From Lama glama (lineage: Eukaryota): a DNA stretch of 64,000 nucleotides. Both the position numbers and the translations under genes were made by a program. Below the pieces are notes generated by a model. It had not been told where the DNA came from. It saw nothing but the letters and a program-made list of their open reading frames with translations, and did not search any database. Numbering within the stretch: position 1 is the first letter of the stretch; the number at the start of each line of letters is the position of its first letter. Location of the stretch: the NCBI GenBank assembly GCA_028534125.1, contig CM052817.1:87608001-87672000 (forward strand), written 5' to 3'. Shown here in pieces: positions 27,031 through 38,870 of the stretch.

Positions 27031-30000
27031 TGTGCTCTTTTTGCTATATTATACATCTTTCTTCCAAAAGATGAGGAAACATTCTCTAAAAGTATACCTA
27101 AAAATGCCTGAGTTTGTTGCACTCTTTGGTCTTAGATTCTATTAATTGAATAACTCATGATTGATGAACTTGTTGGAGTGAACTGCTTAGATAACTTAAA
27201 GGGTGCTCATCCTGAGAGCCAAAGAATTGATCCTTATTAATTTACTCAATATACCTCTGATTGCATTTGAGTAGAAAGTTAGGATAAATGATGAAATTTT
27301 ATTACCAGAAAGTGTTATATAACAAAGCCAGTTAACTGTAGAGAGAGAGAAACTGAGTCTCAAAGATGTGAAGTTTGTCCTGTAACAGATAAAGCTTCTG
27401 GCAAAACTCAGATTCCTCTGTGGTCTGGTGATATTCCCTCTGACTGCACTGTGCTAGTGAATCTGAACATCCACAAATGACCATGAGTCTCATCGGACAA
27501 ATTCCACAGAAACTGTGGGCTGCATCAAACAACAGTCCAGAGCTAATTCTGAGTAACTCCCAAGAAGATCAAGAAAGGTAGCCATCCATGCTCTCCAGAG
27601 TTTATTACTGAAGGATTAAATTGAAAGATCTTCATACTCAGAGGGCTTATTTCAAGTGAACTAGTTTGTCCTCACCTGTCTAGATTTAGTTGTTCTGCTG
27701 ACCAATTTTAGTCCTAACAGCTGAAACTAAACCAGAAGCAATAACTAGTGGTAATTGCTTTTAAGTATCAGGTGCTCAGTAGCCTTAAGGATTAACTTCC
27801 ATGTTTGATATGATAAATGAAGTGAAGGAAGAAATCAACAAAAATGGAACAAACAAAACATATGTTTCAATATGGAAAATAACCAAAGAAAATAATTATT
27901 GTATTGTAAAAAATAATAGATATTTAAAAAAGGACCTTTCTATCATAATTCAGGTGTTTGACCCAGTTTTAATAATATGTTATTGTAATTTAAGTTTTAC
28001 TCTAAGATAAAGTGATTTAACTCAAAGTGATTAGCATAAAGTGTGGTACAACATGCTGTATTTTTCTTACCCTCTGTCTCTATAAATGTATTTCCAAATT
28101 TTAAAAAATAGTGGATACAGCTTGTGGAAATGATGGTTTTCATGCTGTGTAATATGTTGTCTCTAATGAAGTCTTCCCAAAATGCTATGGTGGGCCAGCT
28201 TCTGTTCTGTTTCAACCTCAGAACATGCAATATTCTTATGCTATAGATCAAAAACATAAGAGAAACCTTGGTAGAATGATTTTCCAAGGTGTTAACACAG
28301 GCTTATTTCCTCATAATAATGAAGTCCAGGTAGCTGGCAGAAATGTTATAAAATGTCAGTTCTTCAACGTAGTCACACATTTTAAATTCAGTAATGTTTC
28401 ACATCTCTGTTATCAGCTCTACCCTAACAGAGGTAGACTCCAGACCACACTTTGTGTTAGAATGGCATTAAAAGTATAAAACGAGAGAACTCTTTACCTA
28501 CCCACTGATGTTCTTTCAGCTCCACACAGAAGCAACCAGGCCAGGTTGAAGTTGCTGAAAACAAACAATTAGAAATCAAATCAAAGCTTGTTTGGCTTCA
28601 CAATTGAATGCCGACATGCAATAGGAATTGTAACAATGCAAAGTAATAGCCTGCCGAATTCAATGAATACAGCTTAATAACTTTGGACCATAGCTAGACT
28701 TGGGCAAAATTAAAAAATAATGTAAAGCTCCTTGGATATGTTCCACTGAATTAGTATTCTGAGGCAAATGCCTACACACCATCCATAACGAGCACTGCTG
28801 GTTTCATTTACAGACACTACCTCCATTAGCTAGCACTAATGTGTAGAAATGTATTGTATGCTGGTCTATAAAGGCACACTGAATTTTCATTATGTTTCAG
28901 TCAAAAAGTGCTTGTTTTGCAGGATGGAGTCCATGTCAATAAAATGGATTGTGTGTCACTTAAACCAAGTGACATGCTAATCTTCTAGAGGCCTCTGTCC
29001 TTAATCTCTACAGGACATGAGTCAGTTTAGAAGTGTGAGCTGTTCTCACAGGTACCAACTATTGAGCTCTTTAATGTAAATTCAAAAGCAAAGCTTATCA
29101 GTGTGTTTCAGAAATTGCTTCAATGTGCTTGCTGCCTATGAAAAAAAATCCTCCTTCTTCCCCCAAAATCCATGGGCAACTTCCAAGTTTTTACAGTGCC
29201 TGGGAGCACCTTTTAATTATAAAGAAATTGGTTTTGGTGATAGCTGCCCTATGACCAATTGGATTAGAGGCATTTCTTCTGGTTATTATGAAACTTACTT
29301 GACAGTTGCCCTGAGTAGTTAGGCATGATCAAAATACTAAGTAAAGCAACGTCCCAATCCAGAACTTCAAGACCCACTAGCCTAACTTCTTAAAAATTAT
29401 GCCATAAGTAGCCATGTTATTAAAAAAAAGAGCAGAATAATGGGATTGAGATCGACTGTGGATTCTTTGATTTGCAGAGGAAATTACAAAAATATGGAAA
29501 CACACTTGTGTTGCTTTTTTTATAGTTTAAAATCACATGTATTTTATCATGGGAACATTAGAAAACTCAATGACAACCTACAAAACTTCTTCTAGATCTA
29601 AGAGCTAAATCAGTTTACAAGAAAATCTTTAAAACATGAAATTAAATAGAAGTCTACATCCTATAACCTTTATCTTTCATTTTCTAAATACCAAGCATAC
29701 ATTTTCTGCTTATGTGTTCTAAACAGAATAAAATGCAACAATTTCAGAAAGCAATGGTCTGTACTCCAAGTTAACACTTTCCAAAAAAGAATAAGAGGTT
29801 CACATCTATTACTCTGTCTGGTATCACATAACACTTTCTTAATAAACCCAAACATGACATTTTGAGGTCAAATTAGGATCATTCACATAAAAAGATATCA
29901 ACAGAATAAAATAATAAAATATTCTGTCACCTCTGAGATCAAAGCAAGAGAAATAAGTAATAGAATTAAGGGGTTCGTATATAAAGGAGTATTTTCTTTA

Positions 30001-32279
30001 ATTCAGAATTTTAAAAAGTACTTTTTAAATTTAAAGTTCATTTTTAAAAATTTGTGCAGAATGTATCTTCATTCAGGAAATAAAGTGTGCTGAATCAAGT
30101 TTTACTTTTGTCTGATGATTTCATGTCTGTCACTGACTTGTATTCTTGTTAGAAAGGCCATTTCTCTTAATTATTTACATACAAACACTGAAGAATATTG
30201 AGTAGTATCTATAATGATTCTAGGATAAAGCAGTCACATTTGTATTTTTAATATATTAGGCTATGCTATTCCCACATTCATAGAGTAAATAATGTATGTG
30301 TTGTTGAATAACCTGCTGAATATTGTAAGCGCTGGTTAATGAAAAATTACATTTACAACATTAAATCAGTTTACTGATAGGAATAAAATACAGCTTATTT
30401 CAGTTTATGTGAAAAAAAGGTCTGGCTAAAATTTTGGAATCATTTGCAAAAGATTAATACTATCATACCCATAAAACAAATGCATGTCTATGTCACATTT
30501 AGGAGGAATTTTTTTAAAAATTTGGGATTAATTCATACAGTTATGAAGGATGTTGATTTTGTTACTACTATAACATGTAAGAAATACTTAAATACAAAGG
30601 CCATTATGTTTTATGCAATAAAAGCAATAGTATGTGTAGATTGTTAATAGACAGCTTCAGACACTGTACATATAGAAATTCACTCTTGTGTGTTAAAAGG
30701 ACATTCATCCTAGGGTTTTATGGATTACAAAGAGCAAACAGAAAAATACAAGAGCTGTTACATAAGTTTAGCTCCTAATATCATAGGATGATGATACAGG
30801 TGCCAATTGCTTAATTTTGCTAATGAAAGAAAGTTAAATATTCTTTCATAGGAACTGTATGTGTGTGTTGTCTTCTTGGCTCTTCCACCATAAAGGTCAT
30901 GGATTATAAATGATTCCAAATATCCTAGGGGTAGCCCAAGCTCAGACCAAGGATTTTAACGAAGAAACATGTTGGCATCTGAACCGTGGTTCAAAGAAGA
31001 TTTGACCACTCAAATAAATTAATTGTGACTTATTAATTAATTGTCAAGTATTAATTAATTGATATTAATCAATACTAAAGTGCATTGTCTTTTCAGCATT
31101 CACCTAATATGCAAACTCAAAGAAAAGAATATGGCATCAGAATACTTTCTGTTATTATATCTAGCAGTTAAAAACATTTAAAGAAATAAAACTGCAATCA
31201 CTGCATTACTAAAGCATGCACAGAAGCATATCCAGGAACATCACCTGATATTTTTGACAAACTGACTTACAGAATAGATTAAAAAAAAAAAGTGACTCTG
31301 ATGTAACAGGATGTATGTGAAAAGCGATCTGGCAAAATTCCAGAATCACACTGGTCCTTCTAAGGATGAGCTCCACTAAGTAATCCCTTAGTATTTTATG
31401 TTACCATATTTAATTTCTGACTCAGTGTCAATTTATAATTTTAAAATAAATAGATCAAATTTATATGTATTGTAGAAATTTGGGGATTATTTTATATTGT
31501 AACATGAGGGAAAATGACATAGTGTAAAAATACTTATAGCCAATATTGAAAACAGGAGACAGTTCTTCTTCATTACTTTAAACTACAGTGTGTCAGTTTT
31601 CTTCATATGCCTCCAAGTTATATACAATATAAAACTACAGTAGGTTTAACAGAATATAAGATGAGGACATTTTCAACCAAGAAAAAACACAAAGGAAACT
31701 AGAACATTATATCCCAGACTCTTCCTGAGGTCAGGTGAAGGGACCCTGAGTAGAAAAGCCTTTTTCCTATTGACGTAAGCAAACTTATTTACTCTGCGAG
31801 GGCTGGAAAAAATTGATGCTTGTCGTAACAAAGCTAGAGAAAAATTATTTATTTCCTTATGCAGCTTCAGAAAGTAAATTGATGTATTTGGCCTATTAGA
31901 AAAGGAAGGATTGAGCTGAATATGTCTAACCATATCAATGATGTACTTTAATACAAGGAAATAATGTTACAACGTCAAGCTAAAGGCATTGGGGCAGGTT
32001 GTACTGCATTTTTTTTTTGCAATTGAATCTTTGGTGAAAATAGTTGACTGGGTCATGCATATAGATGAAGGATTCATCTTATTTTAGAGGACCTCTTTTA
32101 TCATCTTACTTTGGACATAAAATTAAATATTAAAATTATTAAAAATTCCTAATGATACATTTATTCCTTTCAGGAATTCACACATAAGTTTACTTGGATG
32201 CACACAGTTGAGGAACAACCAATTTGTTTGATAGCTTTGTTAGAGTGAAGATCAAATATGGAAAATATCACAATAAAAT

Positions 32280-32520
32280 ACCTAAAATATATTGAAGGTT
32301 TACTGTTGGCTAGAGACTACGCAAGATATTCAGATACATTATTTCATTGTAACTCTTAGAATAATCATATGGGAGATATCAATATATCCATATCCCAGAA
32401 GAGAGGATCAAAAAAGTTAAGAAACTTGCCAAAATTCCTGTAAATAATATGTAACAGAGTTGTAATTTGAATCCATTTCTTTGTCCATAACACATATTTT
32501 TAAATACTACTTTGGTGTTA
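32280..32520 (-). mobile_element. MIR fragment
   Basis: acattatttcattgtaactc...aaagttaagaaacttgccaaaatt...atttgaatcca. Confidence 0.6.
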
Positions 32521-33650
32521 CTTACATATCCCTTTCAAATCTAAAAGTGAATGTAATAATTTGAAATAACGTGGAGAACAAATGGAATACATTAGATGCT
32601 AATATTAAGAAGTATCATGTTAAGTACATTTATTTTCATTCCAAGCATTTCCTTCTTTAATATTTACTTTGATATTATATCTTTAGAATAAGTTGCAGTA
32701 AGTCTTTCAGGTTTAAACATATGTTTTAAACACTTGTATTCTAAAACATACTTTAGAATTGTTTTACTTAAATGCACTTACCCCCCATTTGTAAACTCTT
32801 TAAAATCTTAGTACTTGCTTTTACCTATAATTTTTTTCTAGAGTAGTTTTTCTTTTTTTAAATTAAACAGAAAAGAACTTTTGAAATATACCCTGGAATA
32901 TAAATTTGGACAGCATAATGAGTTATTTTTAGTTATATTTAAAACTATCTCATTCAGAATGTATGGATGATTATTTCTTTAAAGAAAAAAGTGTTCTTTT
33001 AAATGTATCAATCCATAAATCTAGATTATCTAAAGAGAAGATGGCAACTAAAATTTTAAGGTTTAGATTTAACAATGTAATTTTGCATTAAATCCTTAAA
33101 AGCTAATAAAGCAGCAAATCCTTCCTATTAAGATTACAATAAAATTCCTTCTTGTCAAATTAGAAAATGTTGCTTCTTTAAATAGTGAAAAATTTTGGTT
33201 TGTCAACAAATACTTAAGTAAATTCAAAGTCTAACATAAGTTCTGTATTGTGGTGTAGATTTTTCCTTAGGCAAAAATCCTGAAATCTTTTAAAAATCAT
33301 TTTTTGTATTAAAACATTTGATCAAATAAATAGAAAATAGCCTATTGGTATTGGTTCTCTTTTTTAAGGAAGAAAATGGTACAGAGAACTGTTTGTGTTT
33401 CCGAAGAAGAAACTTGGCATTGACATTTGTCTCTTAACATATATCAAGTTCGTTTGAATCCTCTGATGTTTTTTACACTGGTGTCCAGCTGTTGGAAAAT
33501 GTTCTTGGATTTGTGTGACATTAGCTTACAGATGCTGCTGCTTGATTCTTCCGCACCTGTTTGCTCCAGCGAGTGTTTGCCAATCTGAGAGAATCAGAGC
33601 ATGTGGTGCCTGGATATCTAGATGCAAATGCTTAAATTGTACATAATGGA

Positions 33651-33691
33651 AGAGAGGATAAAAGTACTTTGAAAGTACTTTTATCCCCTCT
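33651..33691. repeat. Near-perfect palindrome, 20-bp arms, 1-nt spacer
   Basis: agagaggataaaagtacttt-g-aaagtacttttatcccctct. Inner 15 bp perfect, one mismatch overall. Confidence 0.95.
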
Positions 33692-33869
33692 GTGGAATTA
33701 TAATTTAGTATTTAAATTAGTCACTAATTGACTCACAGGCTAATCTGGGAAAAAAGAAGACACACAATTATAAATTTTAAATTATTTAATAAAACTGACA
33801 ACTCTTCTAAGGTGGAAAGGTTGCTGAGAGAGACAATTATTAAACAAATGCCTCTGTGCCTTTTTAAGA

Positions 33870-34195
33870 GTTTTTAAATTGTGGTAAAATATACATAATA
33901 TACATTTAGCAAGTGTACAATTCAGTGTCATTAAGTATATTCACATTGTTGTGCAATCGTCACTACTATCAGAACTTTTTCATCATCTTAAACTGAAATT
34001 GTACCCATGAAACATTAACTCCTTATCCCCTTTCCCTTCTCCTCCCCAGACTTCGGCAACCACTTTTCTACTTTCAGTTTCCTCGTGTAAGTGGAAAGCA
34101 TAATATTTCCTAAGTTACCCATGTGGTGGCATGTATCAGAAAATCATTTCTTTTTAAGACAATCATAATCCATTTACACAGTTATCCACCATTGC
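33870..34195 (-). mobile_element. L1MB-like 3' end
   Basis: tttttaaattgtggtaaaatatacataa...agtgtacaattcagtgtcattaagtatattcacattgttgtgcaa. Confidence 0.8.
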
Positions 34196-34209
34196 TATGT
34201 TTAAGCAAC

Positions 34210-34800
34210 ACCAAAGTGTGCAAAGGGAAAGGTCACTTGAGGAGTCAGATAATGGATGGCGAGTGGGAGTGAAGGGGGCTGGAAGAAAGAGAAATTCTGC
34301 AACAGAGGAAACAGTGCGGCCCAGAGGCCTGAGGCCAGAAAGGGACTGGCCAGTTTTCAAGACTGAGAAGATCTGACCCAGGTACGGGCATCACATCATA
34401 CAAGGACATGTGTGCCACTGCAGCGTGTTTTGCATTTTATTCTGTGTACTAAGAAAACACACTGAAAGATTTTATTTTTTAAGTAGGGATATCCTATGGC
34501 TTAACTTTTTTATGTGAAAAATGGATAGGAATAAGACAGGAATATATGAAGTGAGACACATTAGGAAGCTATCACCTCAGTGGTCCAGGTATTGTTACTG
34601 CCTTGTATGAGGAAGGTGGAGTTTGTAATTTAGTTGCGGGGAACTTGGTGATGAATCCAGTGAAAGCAGTGTTGGAGGTAAAGCTGTTGGGAATCACTTC
34701 CAGGTTTCTATTTTTAAGAACCAGATGCACAATGGCATCATTTACCATTGTGGAAGAACATGTTTTTGGAAATTTCAAATTTGAATCATCTATTAGATAT
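34210..34800 (-). mobile_element. L2 fragment
   Basis: aaacagtgcggcccagaggcctgaggcc...attaggaagctatcacctcagtggtccagg...ccaggtttct. Confidence 0.65.
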
Positions 34801-34923
34801 GAAAACTCTTCTTGTTATCATTAAAGAAAGTCTTTCCCTTGACTTTAGGGCTACTTAAAAAGGAAAAACCTTGTAAATTATTTTTTGGGGGTTCATTTTG
34901 CCACTCAAAAGAAATACTAACCT

Positions 34924-35056
34924 GGTGGTGGGAGGGCATAGCTCAGTGGTAGAGTGTGGGCTTAGCAGGTACAAGCTCCTAAATTCAATCCCCAGTATCT
35001 CCGTTAAAAAATAAACAAACCTAATTACCCCCACCAAAAATAATAATAATAATAAT
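34924..35056 (+). mobile_element. tRNA-derived camelid SINE (Vic-1-like)
   Basis: gggagggcatagctcagtggtagagtg (A-box)...aattcaatccccagtatctcc (B-box-like), with an (AAT)n tail. Imperfect TSD aaagaaatactaacct / aaagagatactagccct. Confidence 0.9.
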
Positions 35057-36578
35057 AAAGAGATACTAGCCCTACAGAATAAACATATTCTCTTTTTTTT
35101 TTATTTTGCTTATTTCACTCTGGCAATCATACACTACTGGAAGAGAAGCAAGCTTTAAAAAATACACCTAAAACCTTCCTTTAACAATCATTTTATTTCA
35201 TAGAGGCATTAAAATTTATTACTCGTAATTATCTGGTCAATTTACTCTAATTTGTCAAACCTGGTCACTCCAGCAAAATATGTCCTACTTTTGAAATATA
35301 TTACAAAAAGACCTGACTCTACAGGGCTAATTTACTATATAAATCCAAATCTTACAATTCACTTTATTTTAGAGATTTATTCTCAATTTTATTGTCCTTT
35401 AATATATTCCTCTCTTTTACATTATAGTTTCATCATTTCTACTGTTTGGTCAAATTTCTTGAAATCCTTTTTCTTTCCCTCTTGAATAGAAGTGTCCCAG
35501 GAAAGGAAATCTATTTGTCACCCATTGGTAAGACTTTAAAACTGTTGTCACTTAGTCACATAATCTTATTGTGCTTGGAATTTTATTGGTTTTATGCCAC
35601 CTCACAAGCAGCTCCTTTCTTTTGATATTTTACAATATAATTAATCTGGTGATTCTACTTCATGCATTTCATCTCCCTGGAATATACTTCCAAATAAAAT
35701 GTCTACCTAGGAGCTTGGAGACACTTTAAATAAGCCAAATACACATTACAGTTCTGCTGTGGTGAGTCTTTTAGAAAAAGATGTTCTTCGTTTGGTAATT
35801 TACGTACCTTGCTATCATTTTCAGAGTGGACAATATTAGAGAAGGTTAATTGACAGCATACCAGTATGGTAGCAAGGAGGAATTATTACTTTGACTTTAG
35901 GGCTATGCTTTTTAAAAACATTTTTTATGGTTACATGAGTCTATCACGCATTTTATTATGTCTCTCTCCAACTATTCATTAGCCAAGATCAAAGTGAAGA
36001 TTTTCATGAAAAGACACAGAAGAAAAGGGAAAAGGAAGAAGGGGGCAGGGGAAGAAGATAAGAAAGAAAAGTTCAATTTTGAAGGAAATTTTACTGAAAG
36101 TTGTAGTCGTATTAAATTGCTTTTTCTGGTTATAAATATAATATATGATTAATAAGAATATATGATCAATTTAGAAAATCAGAATATATGAAAAATAATG
36201 TAGAAGAAGGTAATATCACTGGAAATCCTACTAACAAGAAATAAGTGTTGTTACCATATTAATGTATATTTTCCAGCATTTTATATTTAAGGGGATCCAA
36301 CTGATTTTTTTTGACTTCTCTTTTTCTCATTGGAGAGAAAATCATAACTTAAAAAAGAAATATAAGTATTATAAACTACTTTCAACTACAGTTTCACTCA
36401 GTGTAGAACAACAGTTTTATGGTTTATATATTTCTGATATATTTGCATCATTAAGTTCATCCGTCTTGATCGCTGACAAATAACTTGTGACTCTGCATTC
36501 AGTTTACAAATGGCCTACACTGACCCACATTCTAGGCATTAAGAGGACAAAGGAGACTCAACTGAGAGAGAGATTTAG

Positions 36579-36829
36579 AGAAGGGATAAATTGAGAGCTC
36601 GAGATTTGCAGATACTAACTAATATATTTAAAATAGATAAACAACAAGTTTATACTGTATAGCACAGGGAAGTATATTCAATATCTTGTAGTAACTTATG
36701 GTGAAAACAATATGAAAACAAATATATGTATGTTCATGTAAGACTGAAGCATTGTACTGTACACCAGAAATTGACACAACACTGTAAACTGACTATACTT
36801 CAATAAAAATACATATATACCAAAAAAAA
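36579..36829 (+). mobile_element. Young camelid-type L1 3' end, 5'-truncated
   Basis: gagatttgcagatactaact...ccagaaattgacacaacactgtaaactgactatacttcaataaaa followed by an A-rich tail. Confidence 0.9.
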
Positions 36830-37094
36830 GAGAACTTGTGTGTGGAACTTGTGTCCAGACTGAGCAGCTGGGTAGTGTCACTCCTCTGAAAACACTGTGA
36901 AAGGTTATTCAATAAGGATTCAGAATGTTAGGGGCCATTTAAAGGGCAAAAGAAAGATGCCTCAATATATAAATAGGGTTGTGGAAAAACACATGATGTA
37001 ATTTTAGAAAAGAATCAAAGGCAGCTTATAAATTGACTCCTCCGAGGCTTCTTCTGAATAGTTCAACATTTGTGCCACAAAATGCAGAGGGACA

Positions 37095-37310
37095 GGAACA
37101 TTGTACTTGCAGTCAGACAGCCATGGGTCCAAATTCTGACTTTATTTCTTACATCCTTATAACATAAAGAGCCTATTCTTTACCCCTTTATCTTGGCTCC
37201 ATTTACTCATCATAAAAACGAGAGCAGTATTAAGACGTCCTATTGATTGGATGAGATTTTTGTACACTTTAAAACAGTGAGTGACATATAGTAAATGACA
37301 AATGAATGAT
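37095..37310 (+). mobile_element. MIR fragment
   Basis: gcagtcagacagccatgggtccaaattctgact...taaaacagtgagtgacatatagtaa. Confidence 0.6.
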
Positions 37311-37444
37311 ACAAATAAATATTCGCCACAAAGGTATTTCATATACTGTTGTTTCTTTTTCCTACTTGGATTGCTATGATATTACTGTCAAAAACAGGTA
37401 CCGTATATCCCTTTCACATTGCTTATACCACTTTAAAAATTTAG

Positions 37445-37730
37445 GGAGCTGTTATGTAAGGGTACAAGCTTGCAACTCACAGATAAGTAAGTCCTGGAGA
37501 TCTAATGCATAGCATAGAGGTTATACTCAACAATACTCTTATTATAAACTTCAAGTTGCTAAGAGACTAGATCTTAATTGTTCTTAGCACAAAAAAGAAA
37601 TGATAATTATATGACATGATAGAAGTGTTAGCTAAGGCTAAGGTGGCTCTCACATTGCAATACATAAATGTATCAAATCAACAGGCTGTAGACTTTAAAC
37701 AATGTTCTATGCCAAATATATCTCAATGGA
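37445..37730 (+). mobile_element. L1MA9/10-like 3' end
   Basis: agataagtaagtcctggagatctaatgcatagcat...gttgctaagagactagatcttaattgttct...aaatgtatcaaatcaacaggctgta. Confidence 0.8.
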
Positions 37731-37949
37731 AGTTTTATGAATTTTTTAATTCATATGTGATGTCATAAATGCGAAGAGAATGTGCATTTTCCTCTGCTCT
37801 GCTTTGTAAATTCAGAGAACGTATTGTCAGAAGATACTATGTACAACCCTGTGACTGCTCTGTAATCCAGAGGTTTGTCGTCCTTTGATGACGGGCCTTG
37901 TAGAGCCAACTTTATTTTCTCAGCTGCCCTTGGGAAAAAACTTACAGTA

Positions 37950-38130
37950 AGGAGGCAAGCATGGAATAGGAGAAACGGCACTAACCATTGAGAGGAGAGA
38001 TCTGGGTTTCAGACCTTGTTCTGCCACTCGATAACTGTATGATCTCAGTAAGTAATCTGTCCCATTTGAGGCACAGCATCTTGTTTGTGAACAAATGGAC
38101 TGAATTAGGTCACTGCATTGATCTCTAACA
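37950..38130 (+). mobile_element. MIR3/MIRc-like fragment
   Basis: ggagagatctgggtttcagaccttgttctgccact...ggactgaattaggtcact. Confidence 0.6.
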
Positions 38131-38664
38131 TCTTCCTCTTCTCCATTTCCTGAGCATTTGTCTTTCTCTTTGCAAATATAAAACTCACAAAGCAAATCTT
38201 CACAAACATTAAAGTTCAATGTTGACTATAAACCTAGGGTAGAGATGAAAATTGAATAGATGATAGAAAATAATACTTTCCTTTACTGAGATGTATGAGA
38301 ACACAAGGACAACTTTATCAAAGTATCAAAGATAGATCAATAGGGAAGCTTTATTGCCAGAGGAAAGAGATTTGATTTTTAGTTGCCAAAATACAGTGAA
38401 TGCTGACGGAAGCCTAGAGCAGAATCTTTAGAACCAAATTGAGATGAGCCTGAATGAAAAGGAGATGGGTAACTTGTTCTTACCTAACAAATAGATTTAA
38501 TTTGGATCTTGATGAAACAGGCTTGCTTCCCTTTTGTGCTTTATATGCTATTTCCATGACTTAGCTCATTTCTGACTAAGAGTTCTCAATACACCTGTAG
38601 TGGCCGTCTCCCAATCTGCTCCAAACAGATCTGCACTGGGTGGGGCGGGGGAGGTAAAGCCAAA

Positions 38665-38870
38665 CTAACTGAGGACTTTATACTTGCCAAGTAATTTGCT
38701 AAGGAATGCACATGCTGACCTAATCATCACAACAGCCACTGATGCAAATTCTAAAGTTACAAAATAGATGTAAAAACTGGGTATCGGAGAGATTAGTTAT
38801 TTATCCAAGATCATACAGATGCCTCAATGTGAACCTCTATTTGGAAAATTCTAAATCCCGTATCTTTAAA
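38665..38870 (-). mobile_element. MIR fragment
   Basis: taatcatcacaacagccact...tagatgtaaaaactggg...tttatccaagatcatacag. Confidence 0.55.

Noticed and set aside
33369..33460. Strong plus-strand acceptor ttctcttttttaag
   Set aside because: All three frames stop within about 30 codons and no peptide was recognised.
34924..35005. tRNA gene-like A/B boxes
   Set aside because: No cloverleaf. It has a SINE tail and TSD, so it is a SINE rather than a tRNA. The same applies to 21899-22025.
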